Shown: in pieces, positions 11,622 to 23,733 of the stretch | Layout of the letters: each line of letters starts with the position of its first letter | Position numbering within the stretch: the first letter of the stretch is position 1 | Assembly: GCA_964276515.1 (NCBI GenBank) | Contig: OZ193909.1 | Coordinates: 5,394,001 to 5,458,000 of the forward strand | Reading direction: 5' to 3' | DNA from: Gordius albopunctatus | Taxonomy: Eukaryota | DNA length: 64,000 bases | Notes under the pieces: model-generated | Database searches by the model: none | What the model was told of the DNA's origin: nothing | The model's input: only the letters and a program-made list of their open reading frames with translations | Program-made: the position numbers and the translations under genes

Positions 11622-11993
11622 AAATTTGCATTCACTTATATGTATTGTTACGAAATATTCGGAAATAAAAAAACCATGTTTAAATATAAATTTTATAATA
11701 CATTTACTTGAAAACTCTAACGTTTTATAATTGAATTTTAATCTTTAGAACTATGGTTAAATTCATTTAAAAGTATTCTACACGAGGGACAAAATTTATA
11801 TTCAATACGGTTAAATTAAAATTATTTAATTAGAAATAACAGATATAAAAATCTGTTTTTAGATTGATTGAAATGAAAATGAAATTCACTTTCTTCAATA
11901 TATAAATCTATTTTCAGAACAGATTCTGTTTATTTATATGCCTGCGTCTTTCATACTTAATAATTTAGGTCACTTATTGATAGCCCTGAGCTT

Positions 11994-12146
11994 CACGGGC
12001 GTAGCCAAGGGGGGGGGGGCAGGGAGGGGCGGCTGCCCCCCTCTAAATCTGAAAAATTGTTGAAATTTATTAAAATTATAGGTAAAATGTCAAAAAATGT
12101 TCATTTTGCCCCTCCCTCTCTAATTCCAAAGCTGGCTACGCCCATG
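11994..12146. mobile_element. hAT MITE of the CATGGGCGTAGCCA family
   Basis: TIR CACGGGCGTAGCCA / TGGCTACGCCCATG; TSD CTGAGCTT; empty homologous site at ~1107-1114. Confidence 0.95.
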
Positions 12147-12254
12147 CTGAGCTTATTAATTAAATTTGCCTATAAACTTAGTTCAAACCACATGTGCGCA
12201 TAAGCTACTTAACAATAACAATTCATAACAATGATAGCGCCACGCTAGAGCTCT

Positions 12255-12500
12255 AGCACCTTATGTGACTATCTCCTACAGCTCTAGCGCCCTCGTGTTC
12301 CTATCTCCTACAGCTCTAGTGCCCTCGTGTGACTATCTCCTACAGCTCTAGCGCCCTCATGTGACTATCTCCTACAGCTCTAGCGCCCTCATGTGACTAT
12401 CTCCTACAGCTCTAGCGCCCCCGTGTGACTATGTGCTATAACTGTAGCGCCTCCGTGTAGCTATGTGCTATAGCTGTAGCGCCTCCAAGTGACTAGGCTA
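12255..12500 (+). repeat. Subterminal minisatellite, ~8 x 31 bp (GTGACTATCTCCTACAGCTCTAGCGCCCTCAT), of the large hAT element
   Basis: Direct inspection; inverted homologues at 910-1010 and 1280-1385. Confidence 0.9.
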
Positions 12501-12659
12501 TGTAGATGGGATGCGCTACAAGTGCTGGTGCTAAGCGTTTCACCATCACTAGAAAATACTCTAAGTGATGATACACTTTTACTAAAGAACTGTATATTCA
12601 AGCTTGATTGACATTTTATTAAAAGTCAGAACGTATAAAACAAAATAACTTAACCGTCT

Positions 12660-12802
12660 TATGACTTCGAGATTTCGAATATGATTTAAAACCTAGGCTT
12701 AGACCTACCAAATATTCGTAGAAATTTTCATGAAAATCGGTCTAGCCGTTTAGGAGGAGTTTGAAAACCCACACCGTGACACGAGAATTTTATATATTAG
12801 AT
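12660..12802 (-). mobile_element. Non-autonomous Helitron-like fragment (5' end)
   Basis: Minus strand starts A|TCTAATATATAAAATTCTCGTGTCACG (TC terminus); contains an AAATCGGTCTAGCCGTTT motif typical of invertebrate Helitron MITEs. Confidence 0.5.
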
Positions 12803-13532
12803 TGGCTTATTAAAATTGACCATTGCTGACTTTATCTATATTTAAAACCTATCACGCCATATAATATTTTATGAATATTTTTGCAATTTGGTCTTGACAA
12901 TAATAGATAACTCTGATATTTATTGATTTCATTTAATCTTAAATATTTTATGTAGTTTTGCATAATATGTTATACATTTCAAAATAAACTTCGGAAAAAC
13001 AATGTTATTGTCATTTCTATGTATATTTTTTCCAAATATTTTGTAAACTTTGTTTCATATAGTTTATAAACCTGCAAAAAATTTGATCAATAGTTTATTA
13101 ATATTGAAGGGGGTGGATTTGGTGGCAAAAAGGAGTCTGGCCAATTAAGATTTGGGTGCAGGGATCGTCCTTTTAAAAGGCCATTTGATCAAAATGCTAA
13201 AGACAAAATTGAAAATTTGCAGAAAACCAGGCACTCGTCACATAGCAGACGATTTTCAAAGGAGTATCCGAAAAAATGAAATTTCACTCGGCAAAATTAA
13301 TTTGTGCAATTTTATTATTGTAAATTAAATCAATTGTTTTTAAATACATGTGTTTTGTGAAGAAGGATTTGTTTGTAAATATGTAAATAAATTCATATTT
13401 TCCAGATATTGCTTTTATTATTAAAAGGTTATGAATCTACAATATATATTCTACTATACCAATTTTTTGAATAGTGAAAGAATGAGATCTTGACGGGTTA
13501 TCTGATGCTTTAAATTCATTGCTTATTAATTA

Positions 13533-14914
13533 GGGACATTCCATGTCAAATCGCCACGTTTTCGGCCGACCCGCTCAGAATTTTATAAAATTTGGTGGAA
13601 ATGTTAAAACTAGTAAAATTATTAATTTTCCAAAATTTTAGCTCATTTGGGCCACTACTTTTTGAGTTGTGTGCACTCAAAGGTCGAAAATCGGGTTTTT
13701 AAAAAATCGGTTCGTGACGCTATAATTAATAAAATTTATAGGTTATTGGTCCCCAAATCATAGAATCTTGTTGTAGAGATAGATAAGACCTATCTCTATA
13801 GAAAAAAAATCAAAAAAATTTTTTTTATTGATTGGTCATCTTATATTAGCCGAAATGGCCAAAATAGCATAATTAATGTTGAACCCTCTCAAACCGTTTC
13901 AAATTTAAGACAAATATTTTATACTATCTATTAATCAAATTAAATAAAAGAAAAAGTTGGCTGCCCATCTTGAAAGGGTCATAAACTGTTAAAAGGGTTA
14001 TTTTATTATTTGGCGCCAAAATGAATCTCTAAAAATGTTTTTTGCTCATTTATTATTCATATTATTTTAATATATGTAGGATGCAAATATTTTTGCTATA
14101 AATTATCACCCCAAACCCCCCCCCCCCATATTGCCCCTATCAATTACAATCAAAATTAGCGAGTGATTATACTTCCCGAATGCTATAAATTTAATTTTTT
14201 TTAAATAAAATGGCCTAAAATAATTTACTTCAATATAGTTGTAGGTGCAAGTATATATTTATTGATTTATATTCGACATGTAATAATAAATATTTATTGG
14301 AAAAGTATGACGGAGGGATGTCTTCAAGAATCTATAAAAAATTAATTTATCATTATTTGAACCTACAACTATATTGAAGTAAAATATGAATACTAAATGA
14401 GAAAAAAAACATTTTTAGGGATTCATTTTGGCGCCAAATAATAAAATAACCCTTTTAACAATTTATGACCCTGTCAAGATGGCCGGCCAACTTTTTATTT
14501 AATTTGATTAATAGATAGTATAAAATATTTGTCTTAAATTTGAAACGGTTTGAGAGGGTTCAACATTAATTATGCTATTTTGGCCATTTCGGCTATTATA
14601 AGATGACCAATCAATAAAAAAAATTTGATTTTTTTCTATAGAGATGGGTCTTACTTATCTCTACAACAAGATTCTATGATTTGGGGACCAATAACCTATA
14701 AATTTTATTAATTATAGCGTCACCAACCGATTTTTTAAAAACCCGATTTTCGACCTTTGAGTGCCCACAGCTCGAAAAGTAGTGGCCCAAATGAGCTAAA
14801 ATTTTCGAAAATTAATAATTTTACTAGTTTTAACATTTCCACCAAATTTTATAAATCTCTGAGGGGGTCGGCCGAAAAACGCCTTTTTATGATCGATTTG
14901 ACATGGAATGTCCC
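13533..14914. mobile_element. Foldback/MITE with ~530-bp terminal inverted repeats, superfamily uncertain
   Basis: TA|GGGACATTCCATGTCAAATCG ... CGATTTGACATGGAATGTCCC|TA; arms 13533-~14065 vs ~14390-14914. Confidence 0.9.
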
Positions 14915-16461
14915 TATATGCCTTTATCATAGCTTTTTTGTTTTGATTTTTATAAGTGGATTCGTTTATTATAAAATACATTTTAACGACCAGTTATTTT
15001 GTACAAATTTAAACTAGTGTATCATATTTTTTGCCTATAAAATCTATGAAGCCTTATACCCATCTAATAAATGGGTAAAAAATTATTGCGTCAATTTTTC
15101 CCTAAATTCTCACAGTATAGGTGTGGTATTCATTTAATGTTTTTCCAAGACAGCCTTTCTGAGAAAATGTAAGCACCGCTAATTTATAGTTTTAAAATAG
15201 AGACTTACATTCGTCCTTTTTCCAGAAATTTAGAACGGAGGTTATTATTATTTGTGAAATTAATTTGAATATGAAAAAATAAATGGTGAAGTTTACTGTA
15301 ACGAACTAATAATAATGACCATTAAGAAAAACACTGTAAAAGTTTTACAATAAGGCTAAAAAGCTATTTAAACGCTACAGCTCAAAACAATATCAACTAT
15401 TACAAGTTAAATTAAATGCAATATTTTGTTCAATTTCCTAAAATACAACCTTAATTAAAAAATAAAATATAGCATGAAAATTAATATGGCCAAAGGTTAT
15501 CAAAAGTAAGGACTTGTCTTAATATCGGATTTTGCAGCGCGGCAAAAATTGTCGTATAGGTTATAACATAGCCGTGTATTAACTTCAAATTCACAGCAGA
15601 TTTACATTTCCGACGCATAACATAACAGCGATTTTGAAAGATGCAAAATTTTTCCTAAGCGAAATGTTGTATGTTTTTAAATTTTTGGGTATCGGCAAAG
15701 TTTAGATTTAATCTCGAGAGTTGAAATAAACAAAAAACTTTTTTAACTATCAAAAAACAAAATATTAATAAATTACAACTGAGTTTTACCCATAAAATTG
15801 AATAGGATATTTAGACAAAGATAAATTCGCGCGATTTGAATCTAAATCCCATAGTAAGACAAGCCTTACACATCACATATACATATTGATCTTTGGTCTT
15901 CTCCTAACAATAATTCTGCCTTGTACGATCAATATCTTAAGCCTGTTGCTTGTTTACTTGATTTTAAATAACGTTTCCTATAATCTAGCGTAAAAGAAAA
16001 GAGTTCTGATAGGAGAGCTGGATACTCTATCGAAGATGTCTTCATTTCGAAAATTTTTCATGTGGACTGAACCTCATATACAAATTCTCCCCCGAAGAAT
16101 TATTTAAATAGCAGAGCTGACGAATGCCTTTATAAATAATCTCAGCTGAGTTAAAATAAAATAAATGTATATTAATTCAAATAAAATGTTACTATAGTCA
16201 TTTTTAAGCTAATCACTAATGTAAAAAGGTTAAGATGACTACACAAAGCGACTTAAAGTTTTCCGCGTTTAGCTATCGAATGGGCAAACAATGAGTGCTT
16301 TAGCTTGCTTCAAATAACTATGACTGAATGACGTTAGAAGTAGATATTTCCGAGTCAAATCAACAAATCCCTAAACTTTATTTACATTATTTTTATAATC
16401 AAGGATATGTTTTTAGAAAATTGAATGGTATTATTCAAATTAAAATTGGAATATATGTGAT

Positions 16462-17090
16462 ATAGTTGCCCCTCATCAATGCAACTTATGTGGCTCATCT
16501 GTCGGTACAAAAGGTCACCATGGCTTCCATTGCAAATTTAATAAGGCCAGATTTCTACGGCACACATCTGTTAATGCTCTTCTACAGAAGACATTCAAAA
16601 AGGCGGGCTTTCCCTCCCAATTGGAGCCTAATGGTCTTTGCCTTAGCGACAAGAACAGACCTGATGGACAGACCCTCATCCCATGGGCAAAAGGGCTATG
16701 CCTAGCTTGGGACTACACTTGTCCGGATGCCTTGGCTCCCTCAAACCAAAACAAAGACCCCCTTGTTGATTCTGAAAGATTAAAGTCCGCTAAATACGCA
16801 GAACTTAATTCCTCACTGCTTTTCTCCCCTATAGTGACCACTACCCTTACAACAATAGGTCCTAAAACCCAAGCCCTTCTGAAAGAATTGGGACGCCGTA
16901 TAGCTGCCAATACCTTTGACAATAGGGAATCTTTTTTCATTAAACAGAAAATCGGAATCATTATTTGTGATTTCAACGCTATCGCAATTTTCGAATGTTT
17001 ATATCGCATATAATTTTTATAGTTGTTTATAGTTTCATTTAATAAAAAAAATAGGAAGAAAACAAAACAAAAAAAATTACACAAAACAAA
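16462..17090 (+). mobile_element. 5'-truncated CRE-clade LINE (Zn knuckle + RLE)
   Basis: CPSSMQLMWLICRYKRSPWLPL frame shifts to HGFHC..RHTSVNALLQ..LEPNGL..RPDG..IPW..AWDYTC..ERLKSAKY; A-rich tail. Confidence 0.85.
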
Positions 17091-17450
17091 GGATTGTATT
17101 AAATTCCTATAATCCATGTATTTCAATCGATGATCATTTGTTAAATTTTAAACTTATTTTTAAGTTGAAAGGTATGACTGGAGATAGTTGAAAAGCTCCG
17201 TTGCCTTCGTATATAGGTTTAAATAATAATTTAATAGATTAGCGATTTAATTTAACCCAACCTATTAGACGACAAAAAAATATAAATTTTTGAAGGCTGG
17301 AACTTAGAAGGCATTAATGAATTAAATTATTATTTAGTATAAACTTAGAATATATTAATATATAAAATTTACAGTTTTTGCTAATAAATGGCCATTCTGA
17401 CACGTTGGGAAGTTATAAAGTTAGGTTCACAATTTTTATCATGTATTTGA

Positions 17451-19195
17451 TTCTTCTTCTTCATCAGTTATTTGGTCCCACATTGGTGGGGTTTGTTTTG
17501 ATAAGTTTCTTCCATCTTGACCGGGTGAGTGCCATGTCTTGACTAATCTCTTTAGTTTCCATAACTTTATCGACTTGCCCTTTCCACGTGACACGGGGTC
17601 ATCCTCTTCCTCTCTTCCCCGGTACCTCCCTGTCCAGTACTTTTCGATTTACGTCATCTTTGTCCCTTCTTAGTATATGCCCATACCACCTTAGACGATT
17701 TTCGTTAATCATGCCCGCCATAGGTTGAATGCCCATTTTTGTCATGAGAAAATCATTCGTCATATGATCGAGCTTAGTATACCCCAAGCTCCACCGTATC
17801 ATTCTCATCTCCGTGGCTTGTAATAGCTTTCCTTCCGTGGTGTTTAATGCCCATGTTTCACTTCCATAGAGTAACACCCGTCTTACGATGGATTTGTAAC
17901 CTTTGCTCTTCAACCATATTGGCATTTTCTTGTCGCACATTACACCGGATTTACTTCGCCATATAAGCCATCCTTTTTGGATCCGGGAATTGACTTCCGT
18001 TGCGCAACCTCCCTCTTGATGTAGCATCGAGCCGAGGTAAGTAAACCTGTCTACTTTTGGGTACTTTATATGGTCATCCAGCAATGGGGTGCCTGTACCG
18101 TTCATTTCCATGTATACCATTTTTCGATCGTTGACCTTTAAACCATATCCAGCTAAGCGCTTTGACCACTTTTCGGCTTCTTCGAATACTTTCTCTCTTG
18201 TTTCCTCGCATAGTACTATATCATCGGCATATAGCATACACCATGGCGATCGCTTTTGAATGCCCCTCGTTATCATGTCTATAAGTATATTAAATTAAAA
18301 GGGACTTAAAGCAGAGCCTTGATGTAATCCAATATTAACCCGAAAAGGTTTAAAGTCTCCAACTGTCGTCCTAACGCAAGAGTTTGAGGCTTCATAAATA
18401 TTTTTCATAAGTCGTATATATGCGTCAGGGATATTTTGTTTCCTCAGGCACCACCATATTAAATCGCGGGGGACCGTATCATAAGCTTTCTCCAAGGCGA
18501 TAAAAACCATATGTAGGTCTTTCCTCTTTTCACCATGCTTATCCATCATTTGTCTTAGGGCGAAGATTGGGTCGATTGTGGATTTGCCGGCCACGAATCC
18601 GAATTGATTAGCCGATATTTCCACCTCGTTTTTCAGCCTTGTTAGTAAGATCCTTTCCATAAGCTTCAAGGAGTGGCAAGTTAGCTTGATACCTATGTGA
18701 TTGCCACAGTCCTGAGGGTCTCCTTTGCCTTAAAATAAGGGTATAATCGTGCTTGCTCTCCATTGATTAGGGATTCGCTCTTCTACCAATATCTTGTTAA
18801 GGAGGATCGTCATGATGGTGACTCCTTCTTCACGATATCCGAGCAATGCTTCCATAGGTATTCCATCTGGGCCATTTGCTTTTCCTTTTTTCATCTAGTT
18901 CATTTGTGTCCTAACTTCATCCTCCTGAAAGAGTTCGACCATACTTATATATAACTCAATTTAGGAAAGGGAATCCTTGTAATTTGCAATATTCATAGGT
19001 TTCTTAAAATATCCTTTCCATCACTTTTTCGGCTTGAATAAGGTTTGACCCTTCTCGCTTTTGACTTTTTTTAAGAACTCCGACATCGCGACTTTTCTTC
19101 TCCTTTATCTTGGCCAATTTGTACATAAGCCTATCGCCCCCTTTATGATCCAGTTTGTTTGCCATCTCGGTGTACGCGCCATTATTCGCTTTTGA
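17451..19195 (-). mobile_element. 5'-truncated RTE-clade LINE (RT domain, disrupted)
   Basis: NQFGF, LEKAYDTV, GLHQGSALSP, LYADD, FTYLGS, LYGSETW, RLRWYGH motifs; (GAA)n 3' tail at ~17451-17462; very similar to 55670-57165. Confidence 0.95.
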
Positions 19196-19932
19196 CAAAT
19201 ATTTTTTAATAGGGGTAGTTGAAACGAGAATTAAGGTTTTTCGGTTTTTTTACTCCTCAAATTTTACATTTTAAAAAGGAAGCCCCTAGGTACCAGATGA
19301 GGCCAGCTATAATTGCTTGATTAAAGTGCAAATTTTAACTTAATCCCACGCTCGATGTGTAATATCTAGAATTTATCTAATACTCATAAAAAGTATAGTA
19401 TAATTTAACGATTTATTTTCAATATTTTTTAAAGATAATAACAAGTATTGCGTTTAAAAATTATAAATAACTTTGATTGCATTATCATTAATATTATTCG
19501 CAACATTTTTTGGAAGGGTTTGTTTTAGAGGTTTTTAAGTTGATCGCGGTAGCTTTGAATAATTCATTATCTTCCCTTTCGATCATCATTCTAAGTTTTA
19601 AAAAATAATAATCACTTGAATATTTTTAACATATTTAATTGACTCTAGCATTAAATTTTATGGGTTTTAAATAATATAATTTATTAAATTACTCGCGACG
19701 TTATTATTGTCTACAAATTTATGCTAATATTAAAACAAGTTAAAATAAACAAAAAATTAATAAATAAATAAAGGTGTTGCATAAATAAGGATGTATGTCG
19801 CTTAATTTTAATTTACACTTAAAAACTCTGTGCGGCGAAACACCGCGATCCCTTGTCTATTAAAATATTATATGAATATTTATACAGTCAACGACAGCAA
19901 AAACTTATAAAGTACCACTCTATATATTTCTC

Positions 19933-22900
19933 GTTCCAGCGGCGCGGAATAAGGTAAAAAAGTCCGCTGGAACATGATTTAAGGTTAGGAATATATCGTG
20001 TGAATTGTGGAGGATAGGGGGATATATTGGGAGACGGCCGGGCAGTGGACAAAAGATTACAAGAATCCACCGCGTACACGACAATATACCTTAATTGTTT
20101 TTCCTCTACATATTTTATTCAGTTAAAACTAAGAAACAAATTTAATGATCGAAAAATCAAACAACTCTCGATACATTACGTTGCGTAGAAATAAAAATCT
20201 TAACATGGAGGAGGAACAATGTGTTAATTATCACCTGATTGCTTCAAAACCTAAGGGAAAACTGAATCATACTCGAGCGTCAGCCATTCTTTTAAACAAT
20301 ACAAAAGGAAAATTCTTAGGAAGAAAAGGTAGTTCACAGTGCAGGGATATTCCAACTCGTTTCTTTTGCCTATTTACAGTGCGGGGAGGATGGGATTATT
20401 CCAGGATTATTCCCACAAGCCATAAATGAGGTATTTATAAATACATCAATCCTTCAAATGAGAAGACCACATGATTTTATTTAATATTACACATGGTTGA
20501 TGGAGCACAGGAGAATGTCCAAAAACAAAATCATTCGTATGTCGTATATAATAATACCCAGGTTAATTTTGTATACCTTTTATTAGTATAATATTTTTTA
20601 ATATTGTATGCCACAAGCGAGTTTGTAAAACCATTTAATTTTAATTATATCAAATAAATTTTTGTCTACATATATCCCTACCCCTGGTTCCTGCGTATCT
20701 CATAAATACTTATTCGATTCCCCCCTTTTTTCTTTGTACATTAATTGCAAGTTCGTTTATCTGCTCTATTTCCTCTACTGATTTTAATTAAAGGCTCGTT
20801 TGTTCGTTAGAATGTAAATTTATTTATGTCTATACAATCGCCCCTCCCAGGCCCTACTATTTCATATGGGGTACACTGGAATATACATCTCTTCCTTTAC
20901 AATTAATTTTACTTACGTGCGTGTTACTTTCTAGAGACCTGCACGGCCCGGCCCGCGGGCCGGTGTAGTATAACAGAGAACAGCCGTGTTAAATATGAGC
21001 TGTGAATCAATCAAAGGTCAATTTTTGCTATTTTAGGGCGCTATGTTTATTGTTTTTAATAAATTAAGTTTAGACTAGCATTTTGGTTATTTAATTAAAT
21101 TTTTAAAATTGTGGAGTTTATAAATTTTTATATAATTAAATATAGAAAAAAAAGACAAATTAATTATTTATTTGATTTTATTTTTGATATATATTTATAA
21201 ACTTTTATAAAGCTGGGTCTAACTTAGGGTGATTTCTACCTCCCCCCCCCCCCCCCTTAAAAAATAAATAAATATTTGTAAAAACAGACAAATTATTATA
21301 AGTTATAAAGAGAACAATACAAATTTTAGTATGAAAAAATTAATAATGTGCTTTTTGGGTAGTTAAAGTTTAGTATAAGGAAGGAATGATTTATTGCCTA
21401 CTTAAGAACAATGTCTCAGTAGTAGTAACACGATGAACGCTGGGTGTTAACACGAGCTAAAATTCTCAAAAAAATCTTATCAATCACGCCTCTACCCAAT
21501 CCCATTAGAGGGAGAGAGTGTGAAAAAGCCATTAATCATCCCTTTACCCAATCAAAAGAGGTGTTTGAAGTTACCACGCTGGCAGCTGACACCCTACACC
21601 AGGCTTGGACGGGCTTCTGCTTAAAAATAAAACGATATATAACGTAACGGGCTCGGGCCGTGCCTAGTTATACTTAAGGCCAGTTAAAATCCCGTTAAAA
21701 AATTCATTAGATTTAGTATAAAAGAAGGTGATTTTATAATGTTCTAATTTGTAATTATTTTATGTATATTAAATTAACAAGGAAAGTTAAATTTTGTTTC
21801 CCTATTTCATTAATTCATCAATAGCTCAACCCGCATTCTAAATGTTAAAGAGAATTTATACACGTGATCCCATGAGCGCAGCCAATTTAAACTGGAGGGG
21901 GGCATTTTAAATAGGGCAAAAAATGTCTTTTTCATCAGGAATTTTTGAATTTGGAGGGGTGCAGCTGCCCATATTTGCCTCCCCATTTATACCCTCTAGC
22001 AATATTGAGTGAATTAATTTAATATTTTTTAAAGTTATTTTTTATTTAAATTGCTATGCAATTTATGGTCTTTTGGTTGTCCGTTCTGTCCCGTCCTGTC
22101 CAACTTGTAATTTTTCAAAAATTGCCGTGGAAACTTATAGGGGTTTTTAATGGCTGTGGACTTTGCTTCTGTGAAAGACTTTTATTTAGCTGACCCCTGA
22201 TGGGCTTTACTTTTTTCGACCTCGCCTAAGCTCAAATTCCATTATTGTTTTTGTGCCTGACAGATTACCCTTATTAATAAACTTATTTTGGCAATTTGTC
22301 TAGGTTTTTAATTTATAACGGATGAAAAAAGCTAAGTAGTTTCAATAAAACATTATAACCTTAAATAAGGGTTTTAAAAGTTTATTTGGCTTATATGGTT
22401 TTATGTAATATCTTGAAGTGCCACTTTTAAAAAAAATTTTCCATGTAGGTCGTTTCTTAAAAGATAGAAAAACTCGAGTGACCGGGAATTACCAATTTTT
22501 TCTTTTTAAACTATTTTTATTAACATTTTTAACACAAACATATTGTTTGCCATATCGATAATAAAAATAAAAATATTTTACGGGCCCGGCCCGGGCTTTG
22601 TATAAAGTTAGCGGGCTGGGCCCGGGTTTATAATTTAAGATTTTGACGGGCCCGGGCCGGGCTTTTAAATTTTTATTACGGGCCGGCCGACTGACCTAAA
22701 CAGGCCCGTTTCAGGTCTCTATTACTTTCTCCCCCCCCCCCACGCGCTTATACGTGTTTGTTATTTCTTCCCCATATATTATTATTGCTGGCACCATTAA
22801 TTTTGTTTACGCATACGAAACGTACTGTATCGAGATTTGTTTGATTTTTCGATCATTAAATTTGTTTCTTAGTTTTAACTGAATAAAATATGTAGAGGAA

Positions 22901-23071
22901 AAACAATTAAGGTATATTGTCGTGTACGCGGTGGAGTCTTGTAATCTTTTGTCCACTGCCCGGCCGTCTCCCAATATATCCCCCTATCCTCCACAATTCA
23001 CACGATATATTCCTAAACTTAAATCATCATGTTCCAGCGGACTTTTTTACCTTATTCCGCGCCGCTGGAAC
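19933..23071. mobile_element. Non-autonomous TIR element with ~245-bp inverted repeats
   Basis: 19933-20176 is the reverse complement of 22826-23071; each terminus contains the hairpin GTTCCAGCGG...CCGCTGGAAC; no clean TSD. Confidence 0.8.
20932..22721. mobile_element. hAT non-autonomous element nested in 19933-23071
   Basis: TAGAGACCTG ... CAGGTCTCTA; 8-bp TSD TTACTTTC; GGCCCG subterminal repeats. Confidence 0.9.
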
Positions 23072-23733
23072 ACGAAAATATGCATCTCTTACACAATTTA
23101 AATATTATATGATACCGCTTTATTTATATCTCTTATTAATTTGAATATATGATAACGCTGCATTCAAACCCCTCATTATAATTTTAATACACAATAGAAA
23201 TTGGATTCCAGATATTTTGAATACCTCAAAGCTTACATTCTTTATATTAATACTAATTTTATCTGTACACGAGTGTGGATATAAAGACGCGTACACAGCG
23301 AAATATATTCATTCCATTTTTTGGTTATATTAAAATATGTTGTTTGCCTCTAAAAAAAGAGAGCAACATTTGAACTAAACAAATGGACGAAGATGCGAAA
23401 GAGGTAACCACGTTATACTACAAAGTCCCCATCTTTAACACATCAAACCCAAGAATTTAGTTCATTCAAATCAAATTTCACCATTAAATGATGCACATTT
23501 AATTTAGCATTTAGTAAGGTTGGAAATTAGCGATAAAAGAAGAAGTCAATTGCAACTATAACCTATTATTTAAAGACAGGAACTTTCCATTTTTAACGAT
23601 TGTTTAGCATTTTATTAAATATCTTATAAAACAATACCATTTTTTGGGCGCTTTATTTCCATTTATCACTCATCACTTTAAGCAACTCTTTTATACATTT
23701 AAGATAAAGTTCAATAAAATTTAATGAAGTTAC

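Larger units (their letters stand above)
880..12551. mobile_element. Composite hAT DNA transposon (11.7 kb) containing nested elements
   Basis: TIR TAGTGATGGTGAAA at 880 and TTTCACCATCACTA ending at 12551; identical 8-bp TSD GAAAATAC (872-879, 12552-12559); GCTATAGC/GCTCTAGC subterminal repeats at both ends. Confidence 0.85.

Noticed and set aside
12255..12500. 31-bp repeat array as CRISPR
   Set aside because: No spacers; it is the subterminal repeat of the hAT element, mirrored at the left end
19888..19932. ...SFCCR* as the missing prenylated RASEF terminal exon
   Set aside because: Phase-compatible AG acceptors exist, but they are weak or lie inside a transposon TIR and leave no hypervariable linker; needs transcript data
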